Shown: positions 1-10,710, numbered from the stretch's first letter. The stretch: DNA of 64,000 bases from Alphaproteobacteria bacterium (GCA_965225945.1 CBDDBZ010000032.1:96001-160000), one strand, 5' to 3'. Translations and numbers: made by a program. Notes: generated from the sequence alone by a model not told the origin.

Positions 1-2
1 TC

Positions 3-152
3 ACGAAGACCTCGATTTACCGAATGATGCGGGCGGGCCAATTCCCGGAGCCGTTGAGGATCAGCACACGCGCCGTTCGATGGTCAGCGTCCGAGATTGA
101 GGCATGGCTTGCCGACCGCCCGCGGGCGAGCGGCGAAGCGCAAGCCGCCTGA
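3..152 (+). CDS. AlpA-family transcriptional regulator/excisionase, C-terminal part (5' end outside window)
   Basis: Frame 3 reads TKTSIYRMMRAGQFPEPLRISTRAVRWSASEIEAWLADR..*, matching the AlpA pattern SIY..M..G.FP.P.....R...W...EI.AW; absent from the ORF track because no start is in the window. Confidence 0.85.
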   Translation, partial: TKTSIYRMMRAGQFPEPLRISTRAVRWSASEIEAWLADRPRASGEAQAA

Positions 153-182
153 AAATGCCTGACAGGGCTTTCAACGGCCGGC

Positions 183-1508
183 TGTCGTTCCTCAAATCCT
201 ATTCTGCGGCGCGGGTGGGTCCGAGACGAACGACCCGGGCGACAGTGTCGGTCGTTGGACCTGGCGGAAAGATTGCAACGGTCGCATCGACCGATATGCA
301 CAAGCTGAATGTTGGCGCTGTGTTCTTTTTTTCAACGGTGTCGGCGCAGCGGAAACGGGCCGCTCGCTTCTAGCAGCACCTCCTGGGGCAAATGCCGTTG
401 TCGGTCCTTAGGCCGCGAGGCGCTCGTACCGGTGATGAAGTCCTCCAACTCGAGGAAACGCAACCACCTTTCCGCCGTCGGCCGACTGGACGGGCCGTCC
501 GTCGGGCGTATCCTTCCCGAGCGCCAAGTGCGTGCGAGACCCGTGGTAGTAGGCGAGGTAGGAACAAAGAATCTGTCGGAGATGGCGCTCGTTGAGAACA
601 ATGACGTGGTCCAGACAATCTCGCCTGATCGAGCCGATTGCCCTTTCGACGAACGGATTTTGCCATGGGCTTCGCGGCGCCGTCACAACCTCCTCGATGC
701 CCATCGCCTTCAACCGCGCCCGAAACTCCTGACCGTACGCCCCGTCCCGATCACACATGATATACCGTGGTGCCGTGTCCCACGGAAAAACCTCGCGGAT
801 CTGCTGCGCCACCCACGCCGTGGTCGGGTGTGCTGTAACACCGACGTGCTCGATGCGCCGCCGTTCGTGGCGTAGCACGATGAAGACGAACAGAACGGCG
901 AACGTGGCCGTCGGCACCACAAAGAAATCGGCCGAGACGAGGCAGCCGACGTGGTTGTCGAGGAACGTCCGCCACGTCTGCGACGGTGGCTTCCGATGCC
1001 GCACCATGTACCTCGATACCGTCGCCCCCGATGCCTCGATTCCCAGCTTCATGAGTTCGCCGTGGATGCGAGGAGCGCCCCACAAGGGGTTCTCCCGACA
1101 CATTCGACGGATGAGTTCGCGGACATCCTTGGGCACCGGAGGCCGTCCTGGTTTGCCGCGCCTGGATTTCCAGGTCCAGAATGCACGAAATCCCCTGCGG
1201 TGCCAGCCGATGACGGTTTCCGGCCTTACGATCACCAGCACCTCGCGCCAGCGCGGCCAAAGGCGGGAAAGGATGACCCAGAACAAGCGGTCCAGCGTCT
1301 GGAGCCGCGGCCGTCGCCGTTCCCGCTTCAGGATTGCCACCTGCTGGCGGAGGGCGAGGTTTTCCAGGTGTAGCGACGCGCGGCTGAGGAAGCTCTCGCG
1401 CAGCGTGGTGGAGAGAATCATGATGGTCGCTTGCATGCCGACGACGGTAGTCGGCAGTGGCCGGAAACGCTATGATTTCTGCGGCAGATGGGGTTTTGAC
1501 GAGCCACA
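183..1508 (-). mobile_element. IS copy 1 (integrase-core/IS481-like), 5'-TGT...ACA-3' ends
   Basis: Imperfect terminal inverted repeats CTGTCGTTCCTCAAATCC vs CTGTGGCTCGTCAAAACC (14/18); near-identical inverted copy at 18256-19579. Confidence 0.8.
408..1436 (-). CDS. Integrase-core (rve, DDE) transposase
   Basis: 342 aa; WGAPRIHGEL HTH, ADF, DRD and QNPFVER DDE motifs, C-terminal GGLHHRY. Confidence 0.9.
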   Translation of the reverse strand: MQATIMILSTTLRESFLSRASLHLENLALRQQVAILKRERRRPRLQTLDRLFWVILSRLWPRWREVLVIVRPETVIGWHRRGFRAFWTWKSRRGKPGRPPVPKDVRELIRRMCRENPLWGAPRIHGELMKLGIEASGATVSRYMVRHRKPPSQTWRTFLDNHVGCLVSADFFVVPTATFAVLFVFIVLRHERRRIEHVGVTAHPTTAWVAQQIREVFPWDTAPRYIMCDRDGAYGQEFRARLKAMGIEEVVTAPRSPWQNPFVERAIGSIRRDCLDHVIVLNERHLRQILCSYLAYYHGSRTHLALGKDTPDGRPVQSADGGKVVAFPRVGGLHHRYERLAA

Positions 1509-1644
1509 GGCGTCTCCTCGGCGGTGCCGGGCAGCCCCGTCGACGGCGGAGGCCTGCCCGTAAGCGCCTTCTGAACCCGCGGAGGTCAGGGTATCACCCT
1601 GCGACTCGCTCTGCTTTCAATTGCCAAGGCCGACGTACAAGCGC

Positions 1645-1672
1645 GGGGAGCGACGCTTCTGCGTCGTTCCCC
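1645..1672 (-). terminator. GC-rich hairpin downstream of the ABC operon
   Basis: GGGGAGCGACGC-TTCT-GCGTCGTTCCCC; no clear U tail. Confidence 0.35.
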
Positions 1673-1732
1673 ACTTGGCCCATAAGCAATGGCAGCGTCC
1701 GGCGATGGCCTACGCCACGCCTGGGTACTCCG

Positions 1733-2605
1733 TTACTTGTTGGTGATCAGCTCATCCCGGTAGGCCGCGAAGCGGTCCCTCATGAAGCCGGTGCTGATCA
1801 TGCGATCGCAGAACATATCGAGGAAAAACTTCCATTCCGGATCGCCGTAGCGGCAGGCCCAGGTGTTGGGCAGCAGCTGGAAGGGGTGCTCCGGATCCAC
1901 CACATAGGCCCAGTCGTTGGAGCCCACGAAGACCTCGGCGTCGAAATCGCCGTCCATGAACAGATGGGCCTGCTTGGTGCGCACCGGCTCGGCCACGAGT
2001 GCGATCTGCCCGGGGATGTCTATGATCTTCGCCTTCGGGAAGTCGACCTTGACCTGGTTCGCGATTGAGGACCCCAGATTGGCGGCAAAGATTACGTCCG
2101 CGTGATTGAAGTCGGCCGCGGTGCGGAATCGGTCCTTGTTGTCCTTATGGGCGACCGCGACAAACCCTTTGTGGTGAATGGGGCCGGCATAGGCGATGAC
2201 CAATGCCCTGGGCACGGTGTAGGTGAGCGAGGAGACGAATAGGTCGAAGTCCCCCTTGCGAAGGCCCACCGTGGCGTTCTGCCACAATATTTCCTTGAAC
2301 TCGATCTCGACCTCGGTTTCCTTGCCGAGAAACACGGTGGCGTCGTGGAAAATTCCGCGTAGTTTGTTGGTCTTCACATCGAGATAGAAGTTGGGCTTGG
2401 TCTGGGCGAAGCCGACGGTGAGCTTACCTGTCCTCTTCATCTTGGCGAGGACGGAGTCCTCGGCTATGCCGGTCTTGAGCAGCTGGGCGTGGGCCTCTTT
2501 GATCGACCCGCTGGCGGCGATCGCTCCGGCGGCCGCTACCGCGCCTCCGACCCCCACCGCCGTTCGCATCAGGGTTCTCCGATCCATGCTCGGCAATTCA
2601 GTCAT
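1733..2605 (-). CDS. Polar amino-acid ABC transporter substrate-binding protein with Tat signal
   Basis: MDRRTLM twin-arginine signal ending AHA; SBP family 3 features (GKLTVG, LRKGDFDL); GAGGAGG RBS before ATG 2605. Confidence 0.85.
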   Translation of the reverse strand: MTELPSMDRRTLMRTAVGVGGAVAAAGAIAASGSIKEAHAQLLKTGIAEDSVLAKMKRTGKLTVGFAQTKPNFYLDVKTNKLRGIFHDATVFLGKETEVEIEFKEILWQNATVGLRKGDFDLFVSSLTYTVPRALVIAYAGPIHHKGFVAVAHKDNKDRFRTAADFNHADVIFAANLGSSIANQVKVDFPKAKIIDIPGQIALVAEPVRTKQAHLFMDGDFDAEVFVGSNDWAYVVDPEHPFQLLPNTWACRYGDPEWKFFLDMFCDRMISTGFMRDRFAAYRDELITNK

Positions 2606-2692
2606 GCTATGTCCCTCCTCGGGTATATGGCGGACCACGACGGACCGCTTTCGTCGATGCGGCCGGACGGCCGCGGTTCTAGGTACGAAGAC

Positions 2693-3355
2693 TCATGTGT
2701 AGCGTTCCCGTATTCGGTCGGTGTACCACTTGAACAGCAGCGCGATCGCGGTGATGAGGACGATGTAGATCAGCGCCGTGACCGACAGAATCGCGATCGG
2801 CTCGAACCAGATGGCACTAAGGCGAAGCGCCTGATACATCAGATCGGGCACCGCGATGACGGAGACCAGTGTAGACGATTTAATGACCACCAGGAACTGG
2901 TTCATGATCGAAGGCGCCATCGTGTAGACGGCTTGCGGCATCACGATGCGGCGCATGATCAGGACGCTTCCCATCCCCTGCGCGCGGCCCACCTCGATGT
3001 GGCCGCGATCGATGCCTTCGATGCCGGCCCGGAACGTCTCCGCCAGGTAGCCCGCCGATTGCACCGCGAGCGCCGCGCAGCCGGCCTCGAAGAAGGTGTT
3101 CGGCCAGCCGATGACCCCGGGCCATACGTAGTTGACCCACATGAGCTGAACGTAGATCGGCGTGGCGCGAAAGAACTCGATGAAGAACCGCGCCGGCCAT
3201 CTGAGCGGCTTGACGTACATCGAAGTCAAGCACAGCGCGAGCCCCACCACCACCGCGCCGGCAAAGCCGATGGCGGTGACCTGCAGCGTCACCACGAGCC
3301 CGTCCATCATGACATCGCGGTGGCGCCACAGCGTACGAGACCAGGCTGAATCCAT
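2693..3355 (-). CDS. Amino-acid ABC transporter permease
   Basis: FRATPIYVQL, AETFRAGI EAA loop, IKSSTLVSVI. Confidence 0.92.
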   Translation of the reverse strand: MDSAWSRTLWRHRDVMMDGLVVTLQVTAIGFAGAVVVGLALCLTSMYVKPLRWPARFFIEFFRATPIYVQLMWVNYVWPGVIGWPNTFFEAGCAALAVQSAGYLAETFRAGIEGIDRGHIEVGRAQGMGSVLIMRRIVMPQAVYTMAPSIMNQFLVVIKSSTLVSVIAVPDLMYQALRLSAIWFEPIAILSVTALIYIVLITAIALLFKWYTDRIRERYT

Positions 3356-3367
3356 AGCCTTGGCCCC

Positions 3368-4075
3368 CTACTTGGTTTTCTCGCGCCAGGGGTCGGAGAA
3401 CCTCTGCGCGAGCGTCGAGAATGTAAAAATCAGCAGGAAGTAGATAATCGCCGCGCCCGAATACAGCGGCAGCGCCTTGCCCGTCGACATCGATACCAGC
3501 GAGACCTGATAGAGCAGATCCGGGACCGCGATCAGCGACACCAGCGTCGTTGCCTTGAACAGCGAGACCAGCTGGTTCATCGCCTCGGGCAGCATGTGGC
3601 GCACCGCCTGGGGCAGGACAATTCGACGCAACGCGAGGGTCCGCGACATGCCGAGCGAGCGGGCCGCCTCGAGATGTCCCTTCGGCACCGCGAGGATGCC
3701 GGCCCGGAAGGTCTCGGTGAAATAGCCGCTGGAGGCGAGGCCGAGGGCGATGACCGCCGCGAGCAACGGCGAGAAGCTGATGTTCCCTCCCAGGACCATG
3801 CTCAGAAGCAGCGGCGGCACGTAGAAGATCCAGATCAGCGTGATGTACTCGGGCGTGTTTCGGCACAGCTCCGTGTATAACATGGCGACGCCGCGCAACA
3901 CGATATTCGAGCTCAGCCGCATAACGGCGGCGACCAGGCCAAGACCGATCGCGACGCCGACGGTCAGGAAGAAGACGTAGAAGTTGTACAAGATACCCGG
4001 GAGCAGGACGGCCCGGTATTCCCAGAATAGCTGCGGATCAAAGGCCCCGAGGGCCTGAGTGAGGCTCTCCGACAT
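3368..4075 (-). CDS. Amino-acid ABC transporter permease
   Basis: RNTP, ETFRAGILAVPKGHLEAARSLG; start set at MSESLTQ (4075). Confidence 0.92.
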   Translation of the reverse strand: MSESLTQALGAFDPQLFWEYRAVLLPGILYNFYVFFLTVGVAIGLGLVAAVMRLSSNIVLRGVAMLYTELCRNTPEYITLIWIFYVPPLLLSMVLGGNISFSPLLAAVIALGLASSGYFTETFRAGILAVPKGHLEAARSLGMSRTLALRRIVLPQAVRHMLPEAMNQLVSLFKATTLVSLIAVPDLLYQVSLVSMSTGKALPLYSGAAIIYFLLIFTFSTLAQRFSDPWREKTK

Positions 4076-4086
4076 CGCGGGGCCAC

Positions 4087-4881
4087 TCAATGCAGGATAG
4101 TGGAGAAAAACTGTCGGCTGCGCTCGCTCTTCGGGTTCATGATGACCTCCTCCGGGGTTCCCTCTTCTTCGATCAGGCCGTCGTGCAACAGCAGCACCCG
4201 GTCGGAGACCTCGCGGGCGAAGCCGATCTCGTGCGTCACCACGATCATGGTCGTGCCTTCTTCGGCGAGCGCACGCATGACACCGAGGACTTCGCCGATC
4301 AGCTCGGGGTCGAGCGACGAGGTCGGCTCGTCGAACAGCATGACTTTCGGCTGCATCGCCAGCGCCCGCGCGATGGCGACCCGCTGCTGCTGCCCGCCCG
4401 AGAGACGCACCGGATACTGATCTTTCTTGTCCAGCAGGTCGATCTTCTCGAGAAGCTGCATCGCAATGTCCTCGACGTCCCGGCGCGGCTGCTTGCGAAC
4501 TCGCAGCGGCGCCTCGATGATGTTCTCGAACGCCGTCATGTGCGGCCACAGATTGAACTGCTGGAAGACCATGCCGATTTCGCTGCGCAGGGCGTTGATC
4601 TCGGCCTGCCGCGCGGGGCGCCGCCGGCCGTTGTCGTCGACCCGGAATCCCATCGGACGGCCGTCGATGTAGGTCTCGCCCGACGTCGGCTCTTCCAGGA
4701 AGTTGATGCATCTGAGCAGCGTCGTCTTGCCCGAGCCGCTCGCTCCCAGCATGGTCAGAACGTCGCCCTTGTGCACCTCCATGGAGATGCCCTTGAGGAC
4801 CTCCAGGTTGCCGAAATTTTTGTGCAGGTCGACGACCTTGACGACCACGTCGGAGTCGGTCGATGGGGATCGATCGCGCAT
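4087..4881 (-). CDS. Amino-acid ABC transporter ATP-binding protein (GlnQ/HisP-like)
   Basis: GASGSGKT Walker A, LSGGQQQRVAIARAL, FDEPTS, VTHE. Confidence 0.95.
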   Translation of the reverse strand: MRDRSPSTDSDVVVKVVDLHKNFGNLEVLKGISMEVHKGDVLTMLGASGSGKTTLLRCINFLEEPTSGETYIDGRPMGFRVDDNGRRRPARQAEINALRSEIGMVFQQFNLWPHMTAFENIIEAPLRVRKQPRRDVEDIAMQLLEKIDLLDKKDQYPVRLSGGQQQRVAIARALAMQPKVMLFDEPTSSLDPELIGEVLGVMRALAEEGTTMIVVTHEIGFAREVSDRVLLLHDGLIEEEGTPEEVIMNPKSERSRQFFSTILH

Positions 4882-5031
4882 GCGTGGCTCCCAGTGTCGC
4901 TTGCGAACCGTTGTCCACCCGGAAGGATAGGGCAATTGGCGGGCCTATGGCACCACCCCGCCTGTGATCGTCAGGCGCGCCTGGCGAAACTCGGCGCCGG
5001 CATGCGCAGTTTGGGTCGCTCGGGTGATGAA

Positions 5032-5511
5032 CTCTATCACCCCCAGCTCGACGACGCCATCGACCTCGTCCGCGCTTTTCCGGGCACGGTCTTCATCTTG
5101 AACCATTTCGGCGGCCCCCTCGGGATCGGCCCCTATGCCGGCCGCCGCGAGGAGGTCTTCCAGGACTGGCGCCCCAAGATCGTCGAGCTCGCCAAATCCC
5201 CGAACGTGGTCGCGAAGCTTGGCGGCATCAACATGATCATGAACGGCTTCGGCTGGCACGAGCGGGAGCGGCCGCCGAGCTCGGAAGAGCTGGCCGAGGC
5301 GACCCGGCCCTACTACGAACACACCATCGAGCAATTCGGCACAGACCGCTGCATGTTCGAATCGAACTTTCTCGTGGACAAGCACTCCTGCAGCTACAAT
5401 GTGCTCTGGAACGCCTTCAAGCGCATCGCCAGCGGCTTTTCCGCGGACGAGAAGGCCAGCTTGTTCCACGATACGGCCGCAAGGGTCTACCGGCTCGACG
5501 AGGCGCCCTGA
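5032..5511 (+). pseudogene. Amidohydrolase_2 family, C-terminal half only
   Basis: LYHPQL..ILNHFGGPLG..NVVAKLGG..RCMFESNF; no N-terminal HxH half and no start. Confidence 0.75.
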
Positions 5512-5521
5512 ACCACCCGCG

Positions 5522-6277
5522 TCAGGGAATGGTGACGCGGCCGCCGCAGGCGATCAGGGTCTGGCCGGTGGTGAAGCTCGATCGCTCGGAGAGCAGGAAG
5601 AGCGCCATCTCGGCGATCTCTTCGGGCCGTCCGAGGCGCTTCAGCGGAGTGGCCTCGATCATGGCCTCGCGGCGCTTCGGATCCATCGGCGCGATCAAGT
5701 CGGTGTCGATCAACCCCGGCGCCACCGTGTTGATCCGGATCTCTGGCGCGAAGGTGGCGGAGCAGTTGCGGACGAAGGCGATCACGGCCGCCTTCGAGGT
5801 GGCGTACTCGATGCCAAGCGGCCGGGGGCGTAGCCCGGCGTCGGAGGCGATGCAGACGATCCGGCCGTAGCCCCGCTCGATCATGCCCTCCTTCACCGCC
5901 ATGATCGGCAGGAAGGTGCCGTCGAGGTTGACGGTCATGATCCGCCGCCAGGTCTCGTAGGTCATCGGCCCGGGCTCGCCGAGTCGGGAGATGCCGGCAT
6001 TGCAGACCAGAAGGTCGACCGGCCTCAGGGCCTGCTCGACCGCACGCACCGCATCGTCGACCTGATCGGGATCGGAGACGTCGGCTTTGACGGCCAAGGC
6101 GGTACCGCCCCCGCCTTCGATCTCCACCTTGACTGCTTCCGCGGCTTCGGAGTCGCGGACGTAGTTGACCGCAACCTTGGCCCCCGCCTCTGCCAGGCGG
6201 CGACAGATCGCCCGGCCGATGCCCCGGGAGCCACCCGTCACCAGCGCCGTTTTCCCGGCAAGCTCACGGTCTGTCAT
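5522..6277 (-). CDS. Short-chain dehydrogenase/reductase (FabG-like)
   Basis: [17 protein letters not shown]. Confidence 0.92.
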   Translation of the reverse strand: MTDRELAGKTALVTGGSRGIGRAICRRLAEAGAKVAVNYVRDSEAAEAVKVEIEGGGGTALAVKADVSDPDQVDDAVRAVEQALRPVDLLVCNAGISRLGEPGPMTYETWRRIMTVNLDGTFLPIMAVKEGMIERGYGRIVCIASDAGLRPRPLGIEYATSKAAVIAFVRNCSATFAPEIRINTVAPGLIDTDLIAPMDPKRREAMIEATPLKRLGRPEEIAEMALFLLSERSSFTTGQTLIACGGRVTIP

Positions 6278-6619
6278 ACGCCATGAATTCTTGATCTATG
6301 GGCCATCGCCACTTCGGGCAGACCGCAACTCCGACATCCTCAGCCGATCAATCCGACATACCCCGTATGACCGTCGGTTGGAAGGCATGAGGAGTCGGAC
6401 GACTGCATAGTACCGAAGAAGCCTCGATCAAAGCCGAGTAGCAGATCCGCGGTGTGCGCGGCCATGAAGACTGCGACGGTGCGGGCTTCGTCGAAATAGC
6501 GCAGGTCGGCGGCGGCTCTGGTCGCCTCGAACTCGACCCGGATCAGCGATTCGAACTCGCGCTGCATCGTCGATGAAGTCCACGCCCAAAAGAGCGACTG
6601 GGTTGCTGGCACCGTGGGC

Positions 6620-6739
6620 GCTCGCGTCGCAGTGACCGCCGATGCCGACTGGCAGGCCTTCGTCGCGAAAAGCCTCGAGATGATCGAGGAGATGCAAAAT
6701 AGCATCATGCTGCCCGCCGGCCATTCGCCGCTGCAATAG
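6620..6739 (+). pseudogene. NIPSNAP-family C-terminal fragment
   Basis: Reads ARVAVTADADWQAFVAKSLEMIEEMQNSIMLPAGHSPLQ*, typical of NIPSNAP C-termini; no start. Confidence 0.55.
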
Positions 6740-6785
6740 GAGGTAGGCGAGCCGGGGCGAAGCCAGGGGAAATTATCACGATTTA

Positions 6786-7562
6786 CTAATCGGGGATTAT
6801 GCCACCGTCGACGTTATAGGACTGGCCGGTGATGTTTCTGGCACCGGGCGAGGCCAGAAAGACCGCCATGGCGGCGATATCGGAGGGCTCGTTGGCGCGG
6901 CCAAGCGGGATCGCCTCCGCGCGGCGGCGTTCCATGGCTTCCAGGCTCAAGCCTTCCTGTTCGGCGCGGACGCGCAGGTTGGCCTCCGAGAGCGCTGTCC
7001 GCGTCACGCCGGGGCAGATGGCGTTGACGTTGATGTCGTGTTGGCCGAGCTGCTGCGCGGCGGTCTTGGTCAAGCTGATGACCGCGCCCTTGCTCGCGGC
7101 ATAGGCCACGTTGGAGGTGCCGGCGTATCCCTTGCCGGCGATCGAGGCGATGTTGATGATCCGTCCCCTTCGACGCGGGATCATGACCCGGGCCGCGCTC
7201 TGGAGGCAAAAGAACAGGCCCCTTGCATTGACCCGGTGGATGCGATCCCAATCCGCCTCGGTGATCTCCATGATATCCGCGCGACGCGTCACGCCGGCGT
7301 TGTTAACCAGAATGTCGAGGCGATCGAATTCCGCCACGACACCGGCGATCATCCCCCGGATATCCTCGACATCGCCGACATCGGCGGTGATCGCCGAGGC
7401 ACGGCCGCCCTCGGCGGCGATGCTCCGGGCCGTCTCCTCAGCGAGCGCGGCGTCGATGTCGGCCGCGATCACGGTCGCGCCCGCCGCGGCAAGCGCACTG
7501 GCGCAGGCGGCGCCGATGCCTTGCCCGGCGCCGGTCACGAGGGCGATCTGGTCGTTCGACAT
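6786..7562 (-). CDS. Short-chain dehydrogenase/reductase
   Basis: TGAGQGIG, NNAG, YAASK, NVDGG. Confidence 0.92.
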   Translation of the reverse strand: MSNDQIALVTGAGQGIGAACASALAAAGATVIAADIDAALAEETARSIAAEGGRASAITADVGDVEDIRGMIAGVVAEFDRLDILVNNAGVTRRADIMEITEADWDRIHRVNARGLFFCLQSAARVMIPRRRGRIINIASIAGKGYAGTSNVAYAASKGAVISLTKTAAQQLGQHDINVNAICPGVTRTALSEANLRVRAEQEGLSLEAMERRRAEAIPLGRANEPSDIAAMAVFLASPGARNITGQSYNVDGGIIPD

Positions 7563-7738
7563 GTCGGACCTTCTCCAAAAGCGATCCCGTCCAAAGCCCG
7601 AGCATATACGACGATCCCGGACTTGGCTCGCCGCCCGCGCCGTGTGGAATTGGAAAAGGGACAGGTTGCAAGTCTCCTCGGTCGCTGCGCTGAATTAGTC
7701 GGACGGCGACGAGGACGGCGAGGCAGCGGGACGGTGCG

Positions 7739-8707
7739 ATGAAGAGGAAGGTGTTGGGCAGGACGGGACTGGAGGTCCCCATCGTCGGATTGGGCACCGT
7801 CTTCATCGGCGGGCAACTGCAAGGCGGCGCGCCGGGAGAGTTGGACGTGGAGCGCGGGGTCGCGACCGTCGTGGCGGCGATGGAGGCGGGCTGTACGCTG
7901 ATCGACACGGCGCCGAACTATGGCGATACCGTTGCCGAGACCATCATCGGCCGCGCGCTCGCGGCGCGTCCGGATCTGGCCAAGGGCGTGACGGTGACGA
8001 CCAAGGTCGGCCGCACGGCGGCCGGGCGGGACTACGGCTACGATGCGGTGATGCGGAGCGTCGAGGCGAGCCGGGTGCGGCTCGGGCTCGACCGCTTCGA
8101 GATTGTCTACATCCATGATCCCATGGGGCTGCCGCTCGAGGAAGTGCTGGGCAAGGACCGCGCGCTCGGCGCGCTTCGCAAGCTGCAGGACGAAGGCGTC
8201 GTCGGCTTCGTCGGGGCGGCGGCCAACGATCCCGATGCCAACGGCCCCTTCATCGAGACGGGCGAGTTCGACGTCGCCGTCGTGCCGGACGCCTGGAGCC
8301 TGCTGAACCAGAGTGCCGAGCGCTATATCTTCCCGGCGGTTGAAAAGCACGATGTCGGGGTCGCCGTGGCGACACCGATCGAGCGTGGCCTACTCGCCAC
8401 CGGGCCGATCGAAGGGGTGGCGTATTCGGGCCGCGATTTCTCGCCCGAGATTTTGGCGCACGCGGGCGAGATAAAGCGGGTTTGCGACGATCATGGCGTT
8501 CCGATGGTCGCGGCGGCGCTGCAATGGTGTGTCCGCCATCCCTTGGTCGCCACGACCATTCCCGGTGCCAGGACGGTCGAGGAGGCGGTTCAGAACACCG
8601 AAGCGGGCGGCATGGAATTGTCCGGGGCGTTTTGGGCCGATCTCGAGCCGCTGGCGAGGGACTTTAGCGGAGCGGGATATTTTACGCCGGCGTTGACGAG
8701 GCTTTAG
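7739..8707 (+). CDS. Aldo/keto reductase
   Basis: LGRTGLEVPIVGLG, IDTAPNYG, TTKVG, YIHDP, TIPGA. Confidence 0.92.
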   Translation: MKRKVLGRTGLEVPIVGLGTVFIGGQLQGGAPGELDVERGVATVVAAMEAGCTLIDTAPNYGDTVAETIIGRALAARPDLAKGVTVTTKVGRTAAGRDYGYDAVMRSVEASRVRLGLDRFEIVYIHDPMGLPLEEVLGKDRALGALRKLQDEGVVGFVGAAANDPDANGPFIETGEFDVAVVPDAWSLLNQSAERYIFPAVEKHDVGVAVATPIERGLLATGPIEGVAYSGRDFSPEILAHAGEIKRVCDDHGVPMVAAALQWCVRHPLVATTIPGARTVEEAVQNTEAGGMELSGAFWADLEPLARDFSGAGYFTPALTRL

Positions 8708-8761
8708 GCCTGCGCACGCAGCATCGACATCGAGGAATGACCCGACGGAAGGACCGCGCTG

Positions 8762-9319
8762 ATGACAACGAGTCATAAGATCAAAACTGAGCCTATGACA
8801 GCAGAGACCTTCGCCCCATTCGGTGAGCTATGGGACGCGACAGATCGACCCGACGACCAGCGTTTAGTATGCCCGACTAGCTACACATATGTCGGGAAAA
8901 CCATCGTCAGCGTTATTTGGCAGCCTTACGGCGGATTGACTTTCAATCAAATGGAGCGTCATTTTGGTGTCACGCAGAGCTTCGTTCAATTGTCTGGGTC
9001 TCCTACCGTGGTGTGTGTGGCCGCGCCAACCAATACGGAACTTCCGACCGACGTACCCGACCCCGCCGATGTCCGGGCCTTCCTCATAGATCCCGCGAAG
9101 GGATATTCCTTCAAGAGGGGCACTTGGCATACGAATAGGTATAATCTGGCCCCTCCTGGTTCCACGTTCCTGGTCCTGAATTCAGATCCAAATCCGACCC
9201 AGATAGTAAACTACGAGACGAGTACCGTTGCCATCTATCAAGATCTCGGGTCGGATTTGGAGCCGGAAAGAAGAGACCACGAAGGAAATTTCGGCATCGT
9301 CTTCGAAATCGCGCCATAG
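8762..9319 (+). CDS. Ureidoglycolate lyase (AllA)-like cupin protein
   Basis: EPMTAETFAPFG, MERHFGVTQSF, RGTWH; visibly lower GC than neighbours. Confidence 0.75.
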   Translation: MTTSHKIKTEPMTAETFAPFGELWDATDRPDDQRLVCPTSYTYVGKTIVSVIWQPYGGLTFNQMERHFGVTQSFVQLSGSPTVVCVAAPTNTELPTDVPDPADVRAFLIDPAKGYSFKRGTWHTNRYNLAPPGSTFLVLNSDPNPTQIVNYETSTVAIYQDLGSDLEPERRDHEGNFGIVFEIAP

Positions 9320-9491
9320 GCCGCTCTCGGGAATGTGCCGTCGTTACGCGAGGCGCCTCAGACCTTCGCCTGCCCGGCTCCTGAAACTCGCGGCACAGTC
9401 GTCCAACGCGCGGTACACTGGATCTTCACCTTAGCTCCTCGATTCGGCGCCTCGGCTCCGTCATTTCTTCGCCGACGGCGCCTACGCGGGA

Positions 9492-9539
9492 GGCCAATGT
9501 ACCATCGAAATCATCAAGCGGTCCCCTGGCGCCAAGGGC
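9492..9539 (+). mobile_element. Short IS5-family transposase relic
   Basis: GQCTIEIIKRSPGAKG resembles the WTIEIVKRS..AKGF segment of IS5 transposases; sits where the next gene is truncated. Confidence 0.4.
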
Positions 9540-9569
9540 GACCCACCGACGCTGCTCGCCACCGACGAC

Positions 9570-10370
9570 CTGAATCCAGCTCCTCCGCCGGCCGATGGCA
9601 GAGCGTCGCCTCCCCGGTCAGCAGCGCCAGTCCGGCGACGACGCCGTAGGCGCCGAGGTTGGAGGAGTTGGCAACCACCAGCACATCGCATTCGGTGGCC
9701 GAGACGATGCCGCCGCCGCAGGCCGTCTTGTCCGCGAGGTTGAGGTCTGGCAGAGCCTCGATCAGGGCTTCACGGATGACGCCGTAGCCGATCTCGTTGC
9801 CACCGTCGGTGACCGAGATGGCCGGCTTGCCGGCGGCCCGCATCAAATCGACGCAGTCGTCGAAGGCATACTGATGCTCGGAGAGCGGAAAAGCGTTCAT
9901 ACTGTAAAGATTACCGTTGACGTTCCGGCCCAGGCGCTCGACCGCGATGAAGGCATCACTCACCTCGGCGATCCGCGAATTGGCGCCATCATCGCTACGC
10001 CTGACCGCCTCGACCGCGACCTCGGCGCCGAGATAGTCGACCAGAAATTCGATCGGCGGCGCGGTCTCGAGGTCGGTGTAGATCGTCACGGCATGGCCGA
10101 TCCGGGCCAGCACCCGGGCCAGGATCACGCTGCCGTAGGGCCCGTCGCTCTCGCCGAGCGGCATCTGCTCCGGTACCCAGGCGCCGGTGACGAGGGCGAT
10201 CCGCATCGGCGTGCCGACCAGCGGCCGCGCCGCGGCCAAGCACAGCGGCTCCTCCTGCCAGCTTCGGGCGATCTCGAAGATGCGCCACTTGAAGCCGCGC
10301 GGAATGCCTCGACGGCGCATCTCGACGGCCAGCAGCTTGTCGATATTGTCGGCGGCGATCAGCACGGCAT
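9570..10370 (-). pseudogene. D-glutamate cyclase (DUF4392)-domain protein, C-terminally truncated
   Basis: ESDGPYGS, VERLG, TDGGNEIGYG, SSNLGAYG; family likeness ends after HRPAEELD; AGGAGG RBS before ATG 10370, which is out of frame with the body. Confidence 0.7.
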
Positions 10371-10405
10371 TGGCCCTCCTCGGCTGGCGACACGACGAGT
10401 GTAAG

Positions 10406-10525
10406 CCGACATTCCCCATATGACCGCCGTTTTCGGCGCCAGGATCTGCCCGAACATCCGTCCCGACACGGCGACCTCCGCCATCTGGAACGTAACTTAG
10501 CGGCCGTGGCGGACCATCTTCGCGG
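10406..10525 (-). mobile_element. IS1380-family 3' remnant
   Basis: AKMVRHGR*VTFQMAEVAVSGRMFGQIL followed by end motif GGTCATATGGGGAATGTCGG. Confidence 0.65.
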
Positions 10526-10539
10526 CGGCCCAGCCGCCG

Positions 10540-10690
10540 GGAGCGTCCATCTCCGGGGCGGCTACACTATGAAGACGGATGCGCTCGCCGGCGACCTCGA
10601 TCGTGTCCCCGTCGATCACGCGGGCCGGGTCGATGACGTCGGCCAAGGCGACGGCTGGGAGGAGCGTGAGCAGGAGGGCCAGGCGGACCT
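10540..10690 (-). pseudogene. Thermonuclease (SNase-like) N-terminal fragment
   Basis: LALLLTLLPAVALA signal then RVIDGDTIEVAGERIRLHSVAAPE. Confidence 0.7.
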
Positions 10691-10710
10691 GTAGGTCGTC
10701 GATCGGCGGG

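Noticed and set aside
3368-4918. 516-aa apparent fusion ORF
   Set aside because: The N-terminal part is an off-frame overlap of the ATPase; the real permease starts at 4075
6340-6708. 122-aa minus-strand ORF
   Set aside because: Partly antisense to the NIPSNAP fragment; the remainder may be a gene relic but I cannot assign it
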